NCBI RefSeq assembly: GCF_009914755.1
Contig: NC_060942.1
Length of the DNA stretch: 64,000 nucleotides
Direction: 5' to 3' (one strand)
Source of the DNA: the human T2T-CHM13v2.0 reference genome, Homo sapiens
The position numbers and the translations under genes are program-made. This document shows positions 13,140-28,176 of this stretch, in pieces. The notes under the pieces are model-generated. The model was not told where the DNA came from. It searched no databases and saw only the letters and a list, made by a program, of their open reading frames with translations. How positions within the stretch are numbered: the stretch's first letter is position 1; every line of letters begins with the position of its first letter.

Positions 13140-14425
13140 ATTCATGACTAAATGCTGTGAAACCAGTTCGGCTCTATTTAGACAAGGTGTGAGATGTATT
13201 AGAATAGTTTTACAAAATAACAGAAGATTCTCAATTTTTTTTAAATGTGATCTTTGAGGAAAAATGAAATTATTTGAATTTATGCTATCCAGTTATTTTT
13301 ATAAAATATTCCTTGCTATTAATATTTGCAAAGCATACCAAAAAACAAATTCAAATTTTACTCTAATTTTCAGAATGACTTAACTACCACATAAGAGTTT
13401 TAGACACAAAATTTTTCTAATTTGAAAGAAGCTCCACATCAATGAAACAAAAGTGACATTCCAACCAAATTTAAATGAATTAAAAATATGAAACAAAATA
13501 ATTTGTATAAGTATAAAGTGGAAGATTCATGTGCAAATAATCTTGACTATAAAGATTAGTTTCTGGTCATTAAAGACAAATACATAGTCTTAATTTCAAA
13601 AAAAATTAAATGTAGCTAAAAAGTGGTATTTTTGTTTAATTTTACAGCATTGAAGTATTTTAAAGAATGAGAACATAAGGAATATTATACTGATTTATCT
13701 ATTAATTTAGGAAGTATTAAAAATCACAATATAAGTAATAAAAATATATATAATAAATTAAAATAATTTGTATTTTATTTGTTTATAGTTTATTTGGTTA
13801 TGGTGATATGTCATATTTGACCTCATCACTTTTTTGAACCTGCATTGTAAAATCATTTTGAATAAATAAATCATTTTAATTTATTTCCAAAGTATTGCAT
13901 TAGATGTCTTATTGACAACTCCAGTTGCTACTGCTTAGCAGATCAAAATATCTCCAAATTGAAATTAATGAAAATTACCTAAGAACCACAATAACTTAGG
14001 AAATTTCGCATAACATGCCATTTCCACTGATAATCCACAAGTTATGTGAAAATTTTTATCATAACTCTAGAAGACAAAATTTTGCTGATATTTACTCAAG
14101 GAAAAACACTTCAAGAAATACATTTATAACAATTTATGAATTATGTGTGTCTTCTTCCTCAATCACCATTCTGTAGAAAGATAATAAATACATTCAGTGG
14201 TTTTTTTATAGTTTCCTGACTTGATAATATTAAGTAAGACCATGGATTTTCACAAATATTTTATTAATATATTATGAAGGTATATTTGTGAACATATGAG
14301 AACAAAGCATGTTGTATTTAACAAATAACATGTTTGATAACTTTTTAAATTTTAACCATAGAAAGTAGGGGTCTCTATTTGTATTATTGCCTGACAGATT
14401 CAAAAGTGATAGGGATGTCCAAGCT
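13140..14425 (+). mobile_element. hAT-Tip100 (Zaphod-like) DNA transposon remnant
   Basis: 13880-14000 translates, with frameshifts, as LFP..IALDVLLTTPVATA..SKLKL..NYLRTTIT, the hAT C-terminal dimerisation motif; the 3' end (gggtctctatttgtattattgcc) resembles a Zaphod/MER115 terminus. Confidence 0.7.
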
Positions 14426-14525
14426 AAATCTTCCCCCAAAAGGAGCATATTATCCTTCCCCCATCCTTGAAAATCAGCACTTAACAGAGCCTACTTGTCC
14501 AGAATTATTTAGAAACCACTGGTAT

Positions 14526-14998
14526 TATTAAAGGAAAAATGACTCAATAATACTTGTTACAACAGAGCAAGAAAGACTTTATTCAGGACCATCATGTTTG
14601 GTACAGGGGCCACTGCAATGGGATTTTGCAGTGAGGGAGAGAGATTGGGCTCAAATCCTAATACAGCATGGCAAGTGGGAGCTTATAGGCAAGGAATAGG
14701 GTGGGGTCAGTGGGTGGAAAATTGCTCAGAGGAAACATCAGGGATAAGGAGGATTCTGGCTAAACTGACTTAATAGGGTTCTTGCTGAAGACAGGCCAGG
14801 GTGACCAGACATCCCCTGGAGGTGGAAGATGAGGAACCTGATAAAATATCAAGGTGATCCGGTATCAAGAGTGGGAGGTTCTGGTTAAAATGATTTAGCA
14901 GAGTTCTTGCTGAAACTGGATTTTACAAGGAAGTGCACACATAGATACAGGAGGAGCTTCAGGAGTCAGGCTAAAGTTTGTTTAAGCGAAATTTGTCA
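14526..14998 (-). mobile_element. MER31 solo LTR (ERV1)
   Basis: Matches antisense MER31 (gactttattcaggaccatc, ggattctggctaaactgac, ...tttgtca); 4-bp TSD gtat at 14522-14525 and 14999-15002. Confidence 0.88.
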
Positions 14999-16869
14999 GT
15001 ATTCTCAAATAGAAAATAATATGTATAAAAATTTCTAGATTGTAAAGCTAAAATGAGATGATTCTGAAAGTACTTTGAAATACAAAACAGTTATCTAAAC
15101 ACAATCCAAGATAATCTCAGCATTTCTTTTTCCTGGGCCAGAATGTACAAATTAAGAATTTCTTAATTTCCCACTTTGTTCATTATATGTTGTACCTTGT
15201 AACAATCATTCTCCTCATTTGAGTGGTGATCTTACTCAACATACCGACATACCTTACTTAACCTTATGCATTATGGACACAGAAATCTGTTCTATTGACA
15301 AGTCTAATTACCAAGGAACCTGAAAAAAAAAAAAAAGCAAAAACTTTAACTCTATGGTTGGTATAGGAAGCTGGCAGTTTTCTTTTCCCTGGTCCTTCAC
15401 CAACATATTAATCTTTCCAGCTGTTAATGTCATTTCCTCACCTGGCAAATGGAGGATTGCTCTTAAAGTTTCTTGTTGCTCCAACAAGCCAGGCAGGTGA
15501 GCTGTTATTTGTCTTACTTTCTGGCCTCCGGCAATCTGCAAGCCAAGCACATTAAAGTTGCTTGAAATTGTTGATTTAAATGTCAGGATCCCTGCAGAAC
15601 ATTGTATTTTCCCAAAGCATGAGGAACCCTGATGTTTCTTTGGCCCTCACTACCTTTGCACTGTTGCCTATTTTTCTTTCTGAAAGTCACCTTTTATCTC
15701 TAATAATAATAACTAAATCAGTTCTCTGATTCTAATCTTTATGTCAGTGGTGCAGTTTTATTACAATTATGAATAATAATAACATTTAAAAATTAAACTA
15801 CAAATATATCCAATGGGGCTAGATCATAATGTGATGTCACTTTCTTCAAATCACTGAGAGATGCAGAAACATCCAACATCCACCATGCCTGAAGTATTAT
15901 GCTAGACATTGTGAAAGATATGAAGAAATATGAAACAATTACTCTTAAAATCCTTCTTCTTTCCCTTTCTTCTTTTTCTCTTTTCTTCCTTTACTCCTTT
16001 CTAAAATAGTATACTTCTAGTAATTGAAACCTCTGTTTCTTATCATTAAGCACCTTCATGTTGAAGAGAATCTATTGAGGGAGATAAACAGGTTTTTCCT
16101 TGACAGTGCCTCCTTCAGTAAATTCTTCTCTACATGCATTTATTTGCCAATTCTTTAAAACATTAATTAGAAATAGTTTCATCAATAATGTACAGTGCTC
16201 CTTAAAAACGCTTATGACTGAATGGCCAATAAAATTAAAGCAAAATAATATGAAACAAGTTTTCTTTAGGATCAATTCTGTTTTTCTCCTTTATTATTTG
16301 AGTTTTGACTTTAGAACAAAAGCTACTTAGCATTCATACTACCTACAAAAATCAAATGGAATTTTATTGAATTTGATAGTAATTTATTTATTCAAGCAAA
16401 GATCCATTAAAAATCTCTATATACATCACTAAATTATTTTATTACCAACAATAAATGTCTTTTGATTCTAGTTGCAATGGATGTAGATAGATACAAGGTA
16501 ATTGAATTTCACAATTACGTCCTTTAGGGCACAGGCCTAGTAAATCTCAATGTATGAGTCAGACTGAAAATCATTTTCTTCCACTTTGGAATGTGAATGT
16601 TTTTATTAAAATATTCATTAAATGTTTTCACAGTATAACTGTAACTTTCTCCTTTGAGTTAAATGTTAATGCTGAAAAATTGTGAATGAAACTGATCATT
16701 CAGATAAGAAAAGTATATAAAAAATTTTAAAAAGGTTTGTAACATTCAGCAGGAGTTTCCTCCTAAAGAAATGTACTGTTTGTTTTGAGCTTTCAAACAA
16801 AAATTAGAATGTAGGAAAACATAGCTGCAACTGTGAACTTACAATTTTATTTGCAAGTATAATTTTTCC

Positions 16870-17550
16870 ATATTAAATAGTGAAATGTGTTAACATTGGG
16901 AACATCTGCATAACTCAGTGATCCAATATTTTCCAAATGACCAGTATGTTATGACACAGCATCGAGCATGGGTAAAAAGCCATTCAACACACAAGAAGGT
17001 CAGGAGACTTTACCATAACAAAGATTAAAATGTTCGTTGATAAGGTTGCAGATCCCCTAGTTCACCTTACTTATTAGAAAAAAAAAAAAAAAACTTAGTT
17101 TTTGTGTAAAAAATCAAAGAATATTCATATCTTTTCAGAAAAGCAATCAAAATATTCCTCCAACTATAAATCTCTGGGAGCCTGAATTTTCTTTATATAC
17201 TTAAATAAAAACAACATATTGCTAATAATTGAATGCAGAAACATATATAAGACCCAGCTACATCACAATAAACCAGAAACTGAAGAGATTTGTAAAAATG
17301 TAAAACAGTTACCCTCATCTAAGTTTTGTTGTAATTTGCTTCTGTAGTAAAATATCGTCTTCATAGATATACCTACATTATAAATATTTTGTTCATTTTA
17401 ACATGTATTTTAATATTCTTATTTTAAATAACATAAATAAATATATTTTTAATTCTCACTTCAATTTTTATTACAGCAAATACAGATGTCTATAAGCCAC
17501 ATAAATAAGTGTTTGGGGGGTTTCAATATATTTTAAGATTATGAGAAATG
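16870..17550 (+). mobile_element. Charlie1-type hAT transposon 3' fragment
   Basis: ggaacatctgcataactcagtga.ccaatattttccaaatgacca...aattgaatgcagaa...gagatttgtaaaaatgtaaaaca, typical of the Charlie1 transposase C-terminus. Confidence 0.8.
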
Positions 17551-17692
17551 CTAATTTAGCACATTCCTTTATTTTTATTTATTTATTTTTTTGACTGAAG
17601 AAACTAAAAGACAGTGATGTTGATGAAGATTTTCCAAATCACAGAGTTGAAATAAATGCCAGGTCAAAACTCAGGGTTTCCTGACTTCTAGT

Positions 17693-18121
17693 TGTATTCA
17701 TCTTCTAAGGCTCCCACAACAAAGTACCACACACCGGGTGACTTAAATAACAGAAATCTATTGTCTCACAATTCTGGAGACTGGAAGTTCAAGATTGAGG
17801 TGTCAACAGGGTTGGTTTATGCCTCTCTTCTCCATTCTAATGGTTTTGTGGCAACTTTTGGTGTCGCTTGGCTAGTAGATAGATCACCCACATTTCTGCT
17901 TTTGTGTTCACGTGACCTTCTCCCTGTGTGCATGTCTGTGTCCAAATTTCCCACATTTATAAGGACACCAGTCTTACCAGATTAGGGATCCACCCTACTC
18001 CAGTATGACTTCATCTTAATTACATCTGCATGACGCTATTTTCAAATACAGTCACATTCTGAGTGCTGGGGATTAGGACTTCAACATGTGAATTTGGAGG
18101 GATGCAATTCAACCTATAATA
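17693..18121 (-). mobile_element. MLT1C-like MaLR solo LTR
   Basis: tgtatt...acaaagtaccacac...cacaattctggagactggaagttcaagat...tataaggacaccagtc...aattcaacctataata. Confidence 0.85.
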
Positions 18122-18919
18122 GCAATCCAGTGTGTTTTTCCTTCAGTCCTTATATATCAAAAAGTATTGTCTTTCATGTTTCCTTCCTTTTGTCCGTACT
18201 GCCCTCCACTCTCACATTATCCCTACGTACACAGAATAATACATATAAAATGCATATGGGGAAAACCGATTCCTCAGGAAAGCGATTATTATATTAAAAA
18301 ATATAAGTCCAAAGTCAAGCTGGCTACAAGGAGGACATCTAAGTTGAGACTGGCCTCAGATGATTTCAATAGAGGGAAACTGGGGTATCATTTTAGGAAA
18401 TTAAAGAGATCTCAGGAAGCTAACATACTTTAAAATGAAGATCACAAAATGTTATCTCATGCATTTACATAACATATCTTAAAACTTCATGTGTAAGGAA
18501 AATGTGGTCCATCAAAAATTCTTAAAACTATGGTTTGGGAAATAGTTCTTTAAACTGAATATTCACAGTAAAGTATGTATTCCAATCACATGCCTTTTTT
18601 CTCTGTTGTCTATGACTTTGCATATTGGTGAATTGTATTTTCCACTCAGGTGTTAGATATACTGGTGAGAAATGTAATATGTGCTCTTACTCCTACTTTT
18701 GAAAGCTCTTGGTCCCATCTATATGACAGTCTGTAAGCCTGGCTGTTCTTTTATAATCCTCTTCTATTTTCCCCCAAATTCACAACACTACCTTCACTTG
18801 AAGTGAGTGAATCAGAACAGTCCCAAAAATATTGTGCAAATTATTAAGATACACGAAAGTAGATTAAAGTAAGTTGGCCAAAAAGACTCTACGGAGTTGA
18901 AATTGCTTAATAAAGCACT

Positions 18920-19048
18920 GTATTAATCTGAACTCTCCCAACCAATAGGATATATATATATGTGTGTGTGTGTATATATATATGTGCACATATATATATA
19001 CATATATATACATATATATGCGCATATATATGCACATATATATATATG

Positions 19049-19089
<41 letters not shown>

Positions 19090-19252
19090 AGAGAGAGAGA
19101 GAGAGAGTGACATAGAGAGAGCAGGAGATTCAAAAGTTAATCTCATCCATGAACACTGTCACAGATGACACATCCAGAATAATGTTCAACCAAATACCTG
19201 GGCATCCTGTGCCTTGGTCCAGTCAAGTTGAGCCATAAAATTGGCTATTACA
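18920..19252 (-). mobile_element. MLT2 (ERVL) LTR, internally deleted, containing a microsatellite
   Basis: Starts tgtattaatc and ends ccagtcaagttgagccataaaattggctattaca (antisense MLT2 5' end). Confidence 0.75.
18951..19108. repeat. Compound (TA)/(TG)/(CA)/(GA) microsatellite
   Basis: Directly visible dinucleotide runs. Confidence 0.97.
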
Positions 19253-19764
19253 GGAAGCTCACATTCAACAATATTCTGTGCCAACAATGATTAAATAAAG
19301 GGTTACATCAAATTACCAGTGCAGCAATTAAAGAGAGACTAGTTAGAATATTTTATTAAAATTTCTATATGGCTCTTTATATGGCCTTTAAAACCCCTAT
19401 GTATGGCCCTCTGCAACACACATACACACAACACATGCACAAAGCCATTGGAGAGATCTTCCCTCAGCAATTTTGACATATTAGGAACAGTTTGAAATCA
19501 TATTCAGCACCTTCTCTCTCCTGTAAAAGCCTAGGCACATTGGAGACATTATGTTAACTAGCCCATGATGGAAAGAAAGAGGGAGAAGACATACGAGGGC
19601 AAGAACAGAGCAAGAGGAAAGATTCCCCTAGATTGGAAGCAGCACCAAGGAAGAGCGAAAAGTCTTAAGCAGAAATGTGGCTGGGTATGTACTAGCATCG
19701 TCGCCACAAACTACTAGAAAACAAGACAGAATATATAATATTATGCATAAGAATAGATAATACA

Positions 19765-21992
<2,228 letters not shown>

Positions 21993-22125
21993 GAAATGGA
22001 GTTTAGCTTCCACTTAAAATGCATGATGTACATGTCTGCCATATTTTGTTTTATTTTAGAGATCTAAATTCTACATTAAGTAGAATATGCAGTTTTAGAT
22101 TAAAAAATAAGAAAACCTTAAAAAA
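21993..22125 (+). other. L1 3' transduced sequence with second A-tail
   Basis: Non-L1 sequence lying between the L1 poly(A) and the 3' TSD; ATTAAA at 22099-22104; A-run at 22120-22127. Confidence 0.85.
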
Positions 22126-22149
22126 AAGAATAGATAATACAAACATAAT

Positions 22150-22445
22150 AAGTATAAATATTTGGAGCAACTATTTTTTGACAATGTACCACAGGCAATG
22201 CAATATTGTGTTCTCTAAGGAAAGAAAAAGAAACTAGTTGAGCCAATGATAGCCCAGCTTCCTGCCTTGAGATATTTTCCAGCAGGAACGCAGGGACAGG
22301 GAGCCCAAGCAGAGTGAGCTGCCACCCCTTGAACTGAGGAGAGAAAGGTCAGCTTCTCTTTGGGGTGGCTGAAGCAGCTGGGTTTACGTGAAAACGTACC
22401 AGAGTTGAGGCAACTGCCGGGGAAATATTAATAGTTCTAGAAATT
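22150..22445 (+). mobile_element. Old L1MC/MD 5' region fragment (probable target of the L1PA insertion)
   Basis: gcaactattttttgaca...cacaggca...gagccaatgatagcccagcttcctgccttgaga resembles L1MC/MD 5' UTR; appears to continue from ~19700. Confidence 0.5.
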
Positions 22446-22513
22446 GTCACAGGTATATCTAAATATCTGCTTTCGTTGCACTGGGTGAGGCCACTCCTGA
22501 AACGTACCCCCCG

Positions 22514-23640
22514 CCTTAAGGATATCTTGTAAGGTTGGTCTAGTGGTGATGAGTTCCCTTAGCAATTGCTTGTCTGAAAAGATTTTATTTCTCCTTCACT
22601 TATGCAGTGTACTGTGACAGGATGTAAAATTCATGGTTGGAGTTTCTTTTCTTTCAAAATGCTAAAAATAGGCCCCCAGTCTCTTCTGGCTTGTAGGATT
22701 GCTGCAGAGAAATCCACTGTTAGTCTGATGGTGTTTCCTTTGTATGTGATCTGCCCTTTTTCTCTAGCTGCCTTTATGATTTTTTCTTTAGTGTTGAGTT
22801 TAGACAATCTGATAACTGTATGTATCCTTGGTGATATTTGTTTTGTATAGTATCCAGCATGTCTTATCTGGATTTCTTGTATCTGGATATCTACTTATCT
22901 AGCAAGGTAAGAACAATTTTCTTGAATTATTCCCTCAAATATGTTTTCCAGGCCATTTACTTTTTCTTCTTCTCTCTCGGGAATGCCAATAATTCATAGG
23001 TTGGTCACCCTACATAATCCAATATTTATCAAAGACTTTGTTCATTTTAAAAATTCAGTTTATTTTTGTCTGACTGGGTTAGTTCAAAATATCATTCTTA
23101 AAACTCTGAAATTCTTCTGCTTGGTCTGTTCTATTGATAAAGTTTTCAATTGCATTTCAAAATTCCTTAAGTGAGCTTTTCAGCTTCAGTAGCTCTGATT
23201 GATTTTTTAAGAGATTTATATCTCCTCACTTCCTGGATTGCTTTAGAAGTTTATTTGTGCTGATTTTCAACCTTATCTTGAATCTTGTTGCGCTCCCTGG
23301 CAATCCATGCTTTGAATTCTTTATCTGTCATTTCCATGTTTCCATATTGGTTAGGGATCACTACTGGAGATCTAGAGTGATATTTTGGTGGTGTCACAAC
23401 ATTCAGATTCTTTATGATGGAAGAATCCTTACACTGGTTTCTTCTCATCTAGGGAGGATTGTGTTGGGTAGAGTCTTTTGGGTTTTCTTCTGTAGTCCTA
23501 TGCACTTCTGTTGGCAGGCTTTGTATTAGGCTGTGCATTTCAACCTACAGGCCAGTAGATGGCATTTGCAGGTAAGAGTCAGCAGCTGCACAAGGAGGTG
23601 GGTATGGATATGATCTCTGTTTACTGTAAGGTGCTTTGTG
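22514..23640 (-). mobile_element. L1PB/L1P4-type ORF1 and 5' UTR fragment
   Basis: Minus ORF 23251-23448 gives L1 ORF1 N-terminal peptide (EMTDKEFKAWIARERNKIQDKVENQ); classic antisense ORF1 nucleotide motifs. Confidence 0.85.
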
Positions 23641-23934
23641 TTGACAAACCCACATGCAACATCATACTGAATGGGCAAAAGCTGGAAGCATTCTACATAA
23701 GTACTGGAACAAGACCAGGATGCTCATTCTCACAACTCCTATTCAAAACAGTAGTGGAAGTTCTAGCCAGAGCAATTAGCCAAGAAAAAGAAATACAAGG
23801 CACTTAAAGAGGAAAAGAAGTCAAATTATCTCTTTGCTGACGACATGATTCTATACCTAGGAAATACTAAAGACTCTACCAAAATGTTCCTAGAGCTGAT
23901 GAACAACTTCAGTAGAATTTCAGAGTGCAAAATC
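23641..23934 (+). mobile_element. L1 ORF2 RT-region fragment
   Basis: [46 protein letters not shown], followed by an FADDM-like codon stretch (tttgctgacgacatg). Confidence 0.9.
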
Positions 23935-24410
23935 TTACACACATTATTTCTAAGTATTTGTTGTACTTTGTGGTTACGGTAAATGGTATTTTTTTAATTC
24001 GGCTATTGTTTTTGGCTAATATATAAAGATAAAATTGACTTTTTATATTGACCTTACTAAATTCACTTTTTAAAAATAATTTAGATTCTTCTGGACTGTT
24101 TTAAGAATATGAATAGGCTGTTTGTAAAAAAATGAGATAGCCTACTTTATATTTAATATTATTTTTCATATATTTGGTTTTAAATTTAGCATCTTATTAT
24201 TTGTTTTGTATTTGTGCTGCCTGTTCTATTTTGTCTATTTTCTTACCAGAAAATATTTTCTGTTATATTAATTGTGTATTTTATATTATTTCATTCTCCC
24301 CTCTATTTGCATATTAATTATATGTATCCTTTTACCTGATCTGACTGGTTCCCCTAGCAATTAAAAGACACATATTTGGACTTATTAGTGTCCCATAGTA
24401 GTTTTACCCT
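23935..24410 (-). mobile_element. Old L1M fragments
   Basis: T-rich antisense L1M motifs (tatttctaagtattt, aaattgactttttatattgacctt). Confidence 0.55.
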
Positions 24411-24989
24411 TTAGGAATGGTCTCACTTTGAGCTGTGGATAGGTTATAAATTGGGAACAGGAGAGAAGGGTCATACACTGTAATAAGACCACACATCCAC
24501 ATCTGTGACTGCCTTGTCACCTATACACTGCTGATACTATTCACAGTTATATCCCGGCTACTGCCTCAGAAAGCACAAAAGAAAGTCATGAGAATTCCAA
24601 CAGAGGGGACAACTAAACATTTCACAACAGAAAAAAAAAAGGCAAAATTTTAAGACTAAAGATCAGAGTGTCTGAAAGTTTTTCTTAATGCTAACCTCAT
24701 TAAAGTGGTTTAGAAAAGATATAGATGTACATAAACAAATATAAGTTTCCAGAATCAGTTTTGCAATTGCGTGGATGGAGAATGAGATTCAGAGAACAAA
24801 AGGAAAGCCAGTGACCTGGAAGATACCCTAACTATCACTTCCCTGGAATCATCAATGTGAAGAATGAGACTATACTGGGCTACAGTAAATTATAAGAGAG
24901 AATTAGAAGACTTAGAAGATGGAGGACCAAAGTACAGAGCCCTGATGACAAGCTCCATCTACCCCAAGGACTCTAGACCTTGGCCTAAG

Positions 24990-25297
24990 CTGCACTGTCC
25001 AATAAGGTAACCATTGGGCCTCATATGGCTATTTAAATTTAATTTAAACTTATAGGCCAGGTGCAGTGGTTCATGCCTGTAATCTCAGCACTTTGGGAGG
25101 CCAAGGAGGGCAGATCACCTGAGGTGAGGAGTTTGAGACCAGCCTGGCCAACATGGTAAAACCTCATCTCTACTAAAAATACAAAAATTAGCTGGGCATG
25201 GTGGCGGGTGCCTGTAGTCCCAGCTACTTGGGAGGTTGAAGCAAGAGAATTGCTTGAAGCCGGGAGCATCTATGCAGCATTCTATTGGACAATACTG
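24990..25297 (-). mobile_element. MER3 (hAT-Charlie) ends flanking a truncated Alu
   Basis: ctgcactgtccaata...atggctatttaaattta on the left; ttctattggacaatactg on the right (inverted termini). Confidence 0.8.
25055..25266 (+). mobile_element. AluS, 3'-truncated
   Basis: Complete left arm; right arm stops at gcttgaagccgggag with no poly(A). Confidence 0.95.
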
Positions 25298-25566
25298 GCC
25301 TCGTGGGGATCATCTCCTGGGGACATCCCATAGCAGGCCCTGCAGATTCTGGAAAGAAGAAGTCAGTAAGAAACTCTGTGCTTATTCTCTTGAGTGAAGT
25401 TTAGGGGAATGGAATTGAAGAGGTGAGGCAACGACTATGTTTATGTGTGAGACGATGACTGCCTTAGGTAGAATTAGATAATAAGGGATGAAAACGCAGG
25501 AAAAATGGAGACCTTGACATCTGAATGTCTCCATGAGGGATGATAAAGGCATGAATGAGGAAACAG

Positions 25567-25720
25567 TATATATATATATATAAATATATATATATATAAA
25601 TATATATATATAAATATATATATATAAATATATATATATATAAATATATATATATAAATATATATATATAAATATATATATATATAAATATATATATATA
25701 AATATATATATATTTATATA
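25567..25720. repeat. (TA)n/TAAA AT minisatellite
   Basis: Repeated tatatatata(ta)aa units. Confidence 0.97.
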
Positions 25721-27112
25721 CACATATGTATTTATCACAGGAAAAATGCACAGTGCATTCTAATAATCTCCTCCCTCCTTTACATTCATCCATTTGGGAG
25801 CCTCTATGAGAGAGAATTGTATGAGCAAAGTTATATGTAAAGAATATATAAACTCAAAGAATATATTTTTCATAAAGAATGAGTGTGATTGATACTTTCT
25901 AAGAGGATCTTTCTGGATAAATTGAAATGACTTTGTTATTAACATTTATATTTATTTAAGAGGACAAGTTTTTGACTGATGACACCATGCATGTGAGTCA
26001 TCATTGTGCTACTTCAAAAAACCAAAACAAGAAATTAAGTTATTGCTAAATTGTTAAGAACAAAAGGAATTTTCTATTGCACATTTTAGTTACAAGGACT
26101 TTTTTCTTCTTTTTTTATTTGCCATGCACTCTTTCCTTCTTTTTCTATTTCTCATGCACCTCATGTTCAAGACAATACAATTGACCTAAAGGAAGCAGTT
26201 TATCAAGGGGCTTATGGACTGAGTTGCCCCTAGGGTGTGTAAGGCCCTCAGCAAAATATCTGTTTTGGGATCTGTATCTATATGACTAATTTGAGTTGTC
26301 CAAAACAAGCCAAGATCATGCCGGTAGCCCAATTCAATTCAATCACGCAATTCCAGGAAATAAATACTGCCCAGCCCAGTGGGAGAGATATATTTGCCTG
26401 GAAGCCCTCCTAGAATTTAGGGTGGCCAATTACTCCATAGCAGGAAAGCTTAGAGCTCCTCAGGATAACAGGTCAATCTTATGCCTGAGATAGAACCTAA
26501 GAGACTCAACAAGGGGTGAGACTAGTACTAGCCTCTGCACCCACCACCTGCCCCAGTCCTGGGCCAGGCACAGGTAACCCCTCCTAAACGGCATTGCTGC
26601 CTCAGCAAGTCTCAGGCACCAGGTAGGAATTCAAGAGAGTTTCCAGGAAGGCACTCTAAATCACTGGGTTTCTGAGGGGCAGCACCGTCACCGGCCCCAG
26701 GTGGAGGTTCCACTTGCCTGAGGGCAGTACTGCTTATCAGTAGAGTCACTGTTATGAAACTGAGCTGAAATTGAGTGGCCTTTTTAATAAAAAAGGAAAT
26801 AGCAATAGCCGCTAGGGCCTGGGTTTAAAGTCAATAACAAGCATTAAATGCACTTAGTACTTGGCTCTAATAGGGCTGAACTAAAATGATAGCTATTTTA
26901 ATTAAAATAAGGTATATGTTACAGGAGCTCTTATCTGAAGGTCTGTACAGGTTCTTAAAATATTCAATTAAAGAGACCGTTGTTAATAAACAAAACCTTA
27001 TTCTGAGAAAATAATGGGCATTCTCTGGTCATAAGAGAGTGCTGAATTCAATGTCTTCATTCATTTATTACACTTTGCACTGCACTGCAGGCCTCTACTC
27101 CCTGTGTTCTAC

Positions 27113-28176
27113 TGTAAATCAAAAATAAAATCTTAAGCCCCCCAAATGGCTGAACAGACCCACTTTTGGCCAAGGGGACCCTAGAGAAACCTGAATAATT
27201 GAATTCCTGGAGATCATGAGAAAGGAGGTCAGATGCACCTTGTTATATCACCTTTCTTTTGGAATTTAGGAACAACCCACCAGTATTAAGGTTAAAATAG
27301 AGATCATAAGACTGACAAAACAGACTGTGGTGATAAGATACCAAATTATAAAAAAGAGCTAGGGCTATGTAAGGCAAGGGTTAGGTCACACCATACAAAC
27401 CATGAAGTCTCATTAAACATTTTTTTTTTTTTTATTAAACCAGTACGATGTGACTTACTTTCCAACCTGATTCTGGTATAGCATCATATGATAGATAGCA
27501 GACCTTAAGATAAATCAAGATATTTTACCCCAAAATATATTTCTTTGTCATATTTTGAAATGGTTGCCACAGGACCAGCAGACTGAAATGGCCCTGCAAA
27601 GCCATCTCTTGAGGGGAAAATTCACATCTGTCTCTGAGAATCTCCATTAATGCAGTCAGACCTTCTCGTTCTAGGCCTTTCTCAGTCTAACAGAGGTTAA
27701 CTGAGAGTCTGACACCTTCAAAATTCTGTAAAGAGACATTTACCATCTAGTCTCTCTTAAGCCTACTACCTATGAGGTTTCATCTACATAACAAGGGACT
27801 TGGCCCCCACAACCACTTTTTCTCAACTTAAGCATTACCTTCTCTTGACTTCAAGTCTTTAGACAATACCTTAATTCTCTCAACCAATTGTCAGTTCAAT
27901 AATCCCTAAAATCCACCTATGATTTGCAAGGCACTGCTTTGAGATTTCCCACTTTTTCAGGCTGAACCAATGTATACCTGCTATGTATTGATTTATATAT
28001 TTGCCTGTAACTCCTGTCTTCCTAAAATGTTTACAACTAAACTGAAAACTGACTGCTTCAGGACCACTTACTCCAAGCTTCTTGGGTTTGTGTTTTTCTC
28101 TGGGCCACAGTCACTCGTCTTGGCTCAGAATAAACCTCTTCAAATTGTTTTACATAATTTGTTTTTTACATTAACA
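27113..28176 (+). mobile_element. MER4D-like solo LTR (ERV1)
   Basis: TG...CA termini (tgtaaatcaaaaataaaat...ttaaca), AATAAA near 3' end, 4-bp TSD ctac at 27109-27112 and 28177-28180. Confidence 0.9.
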
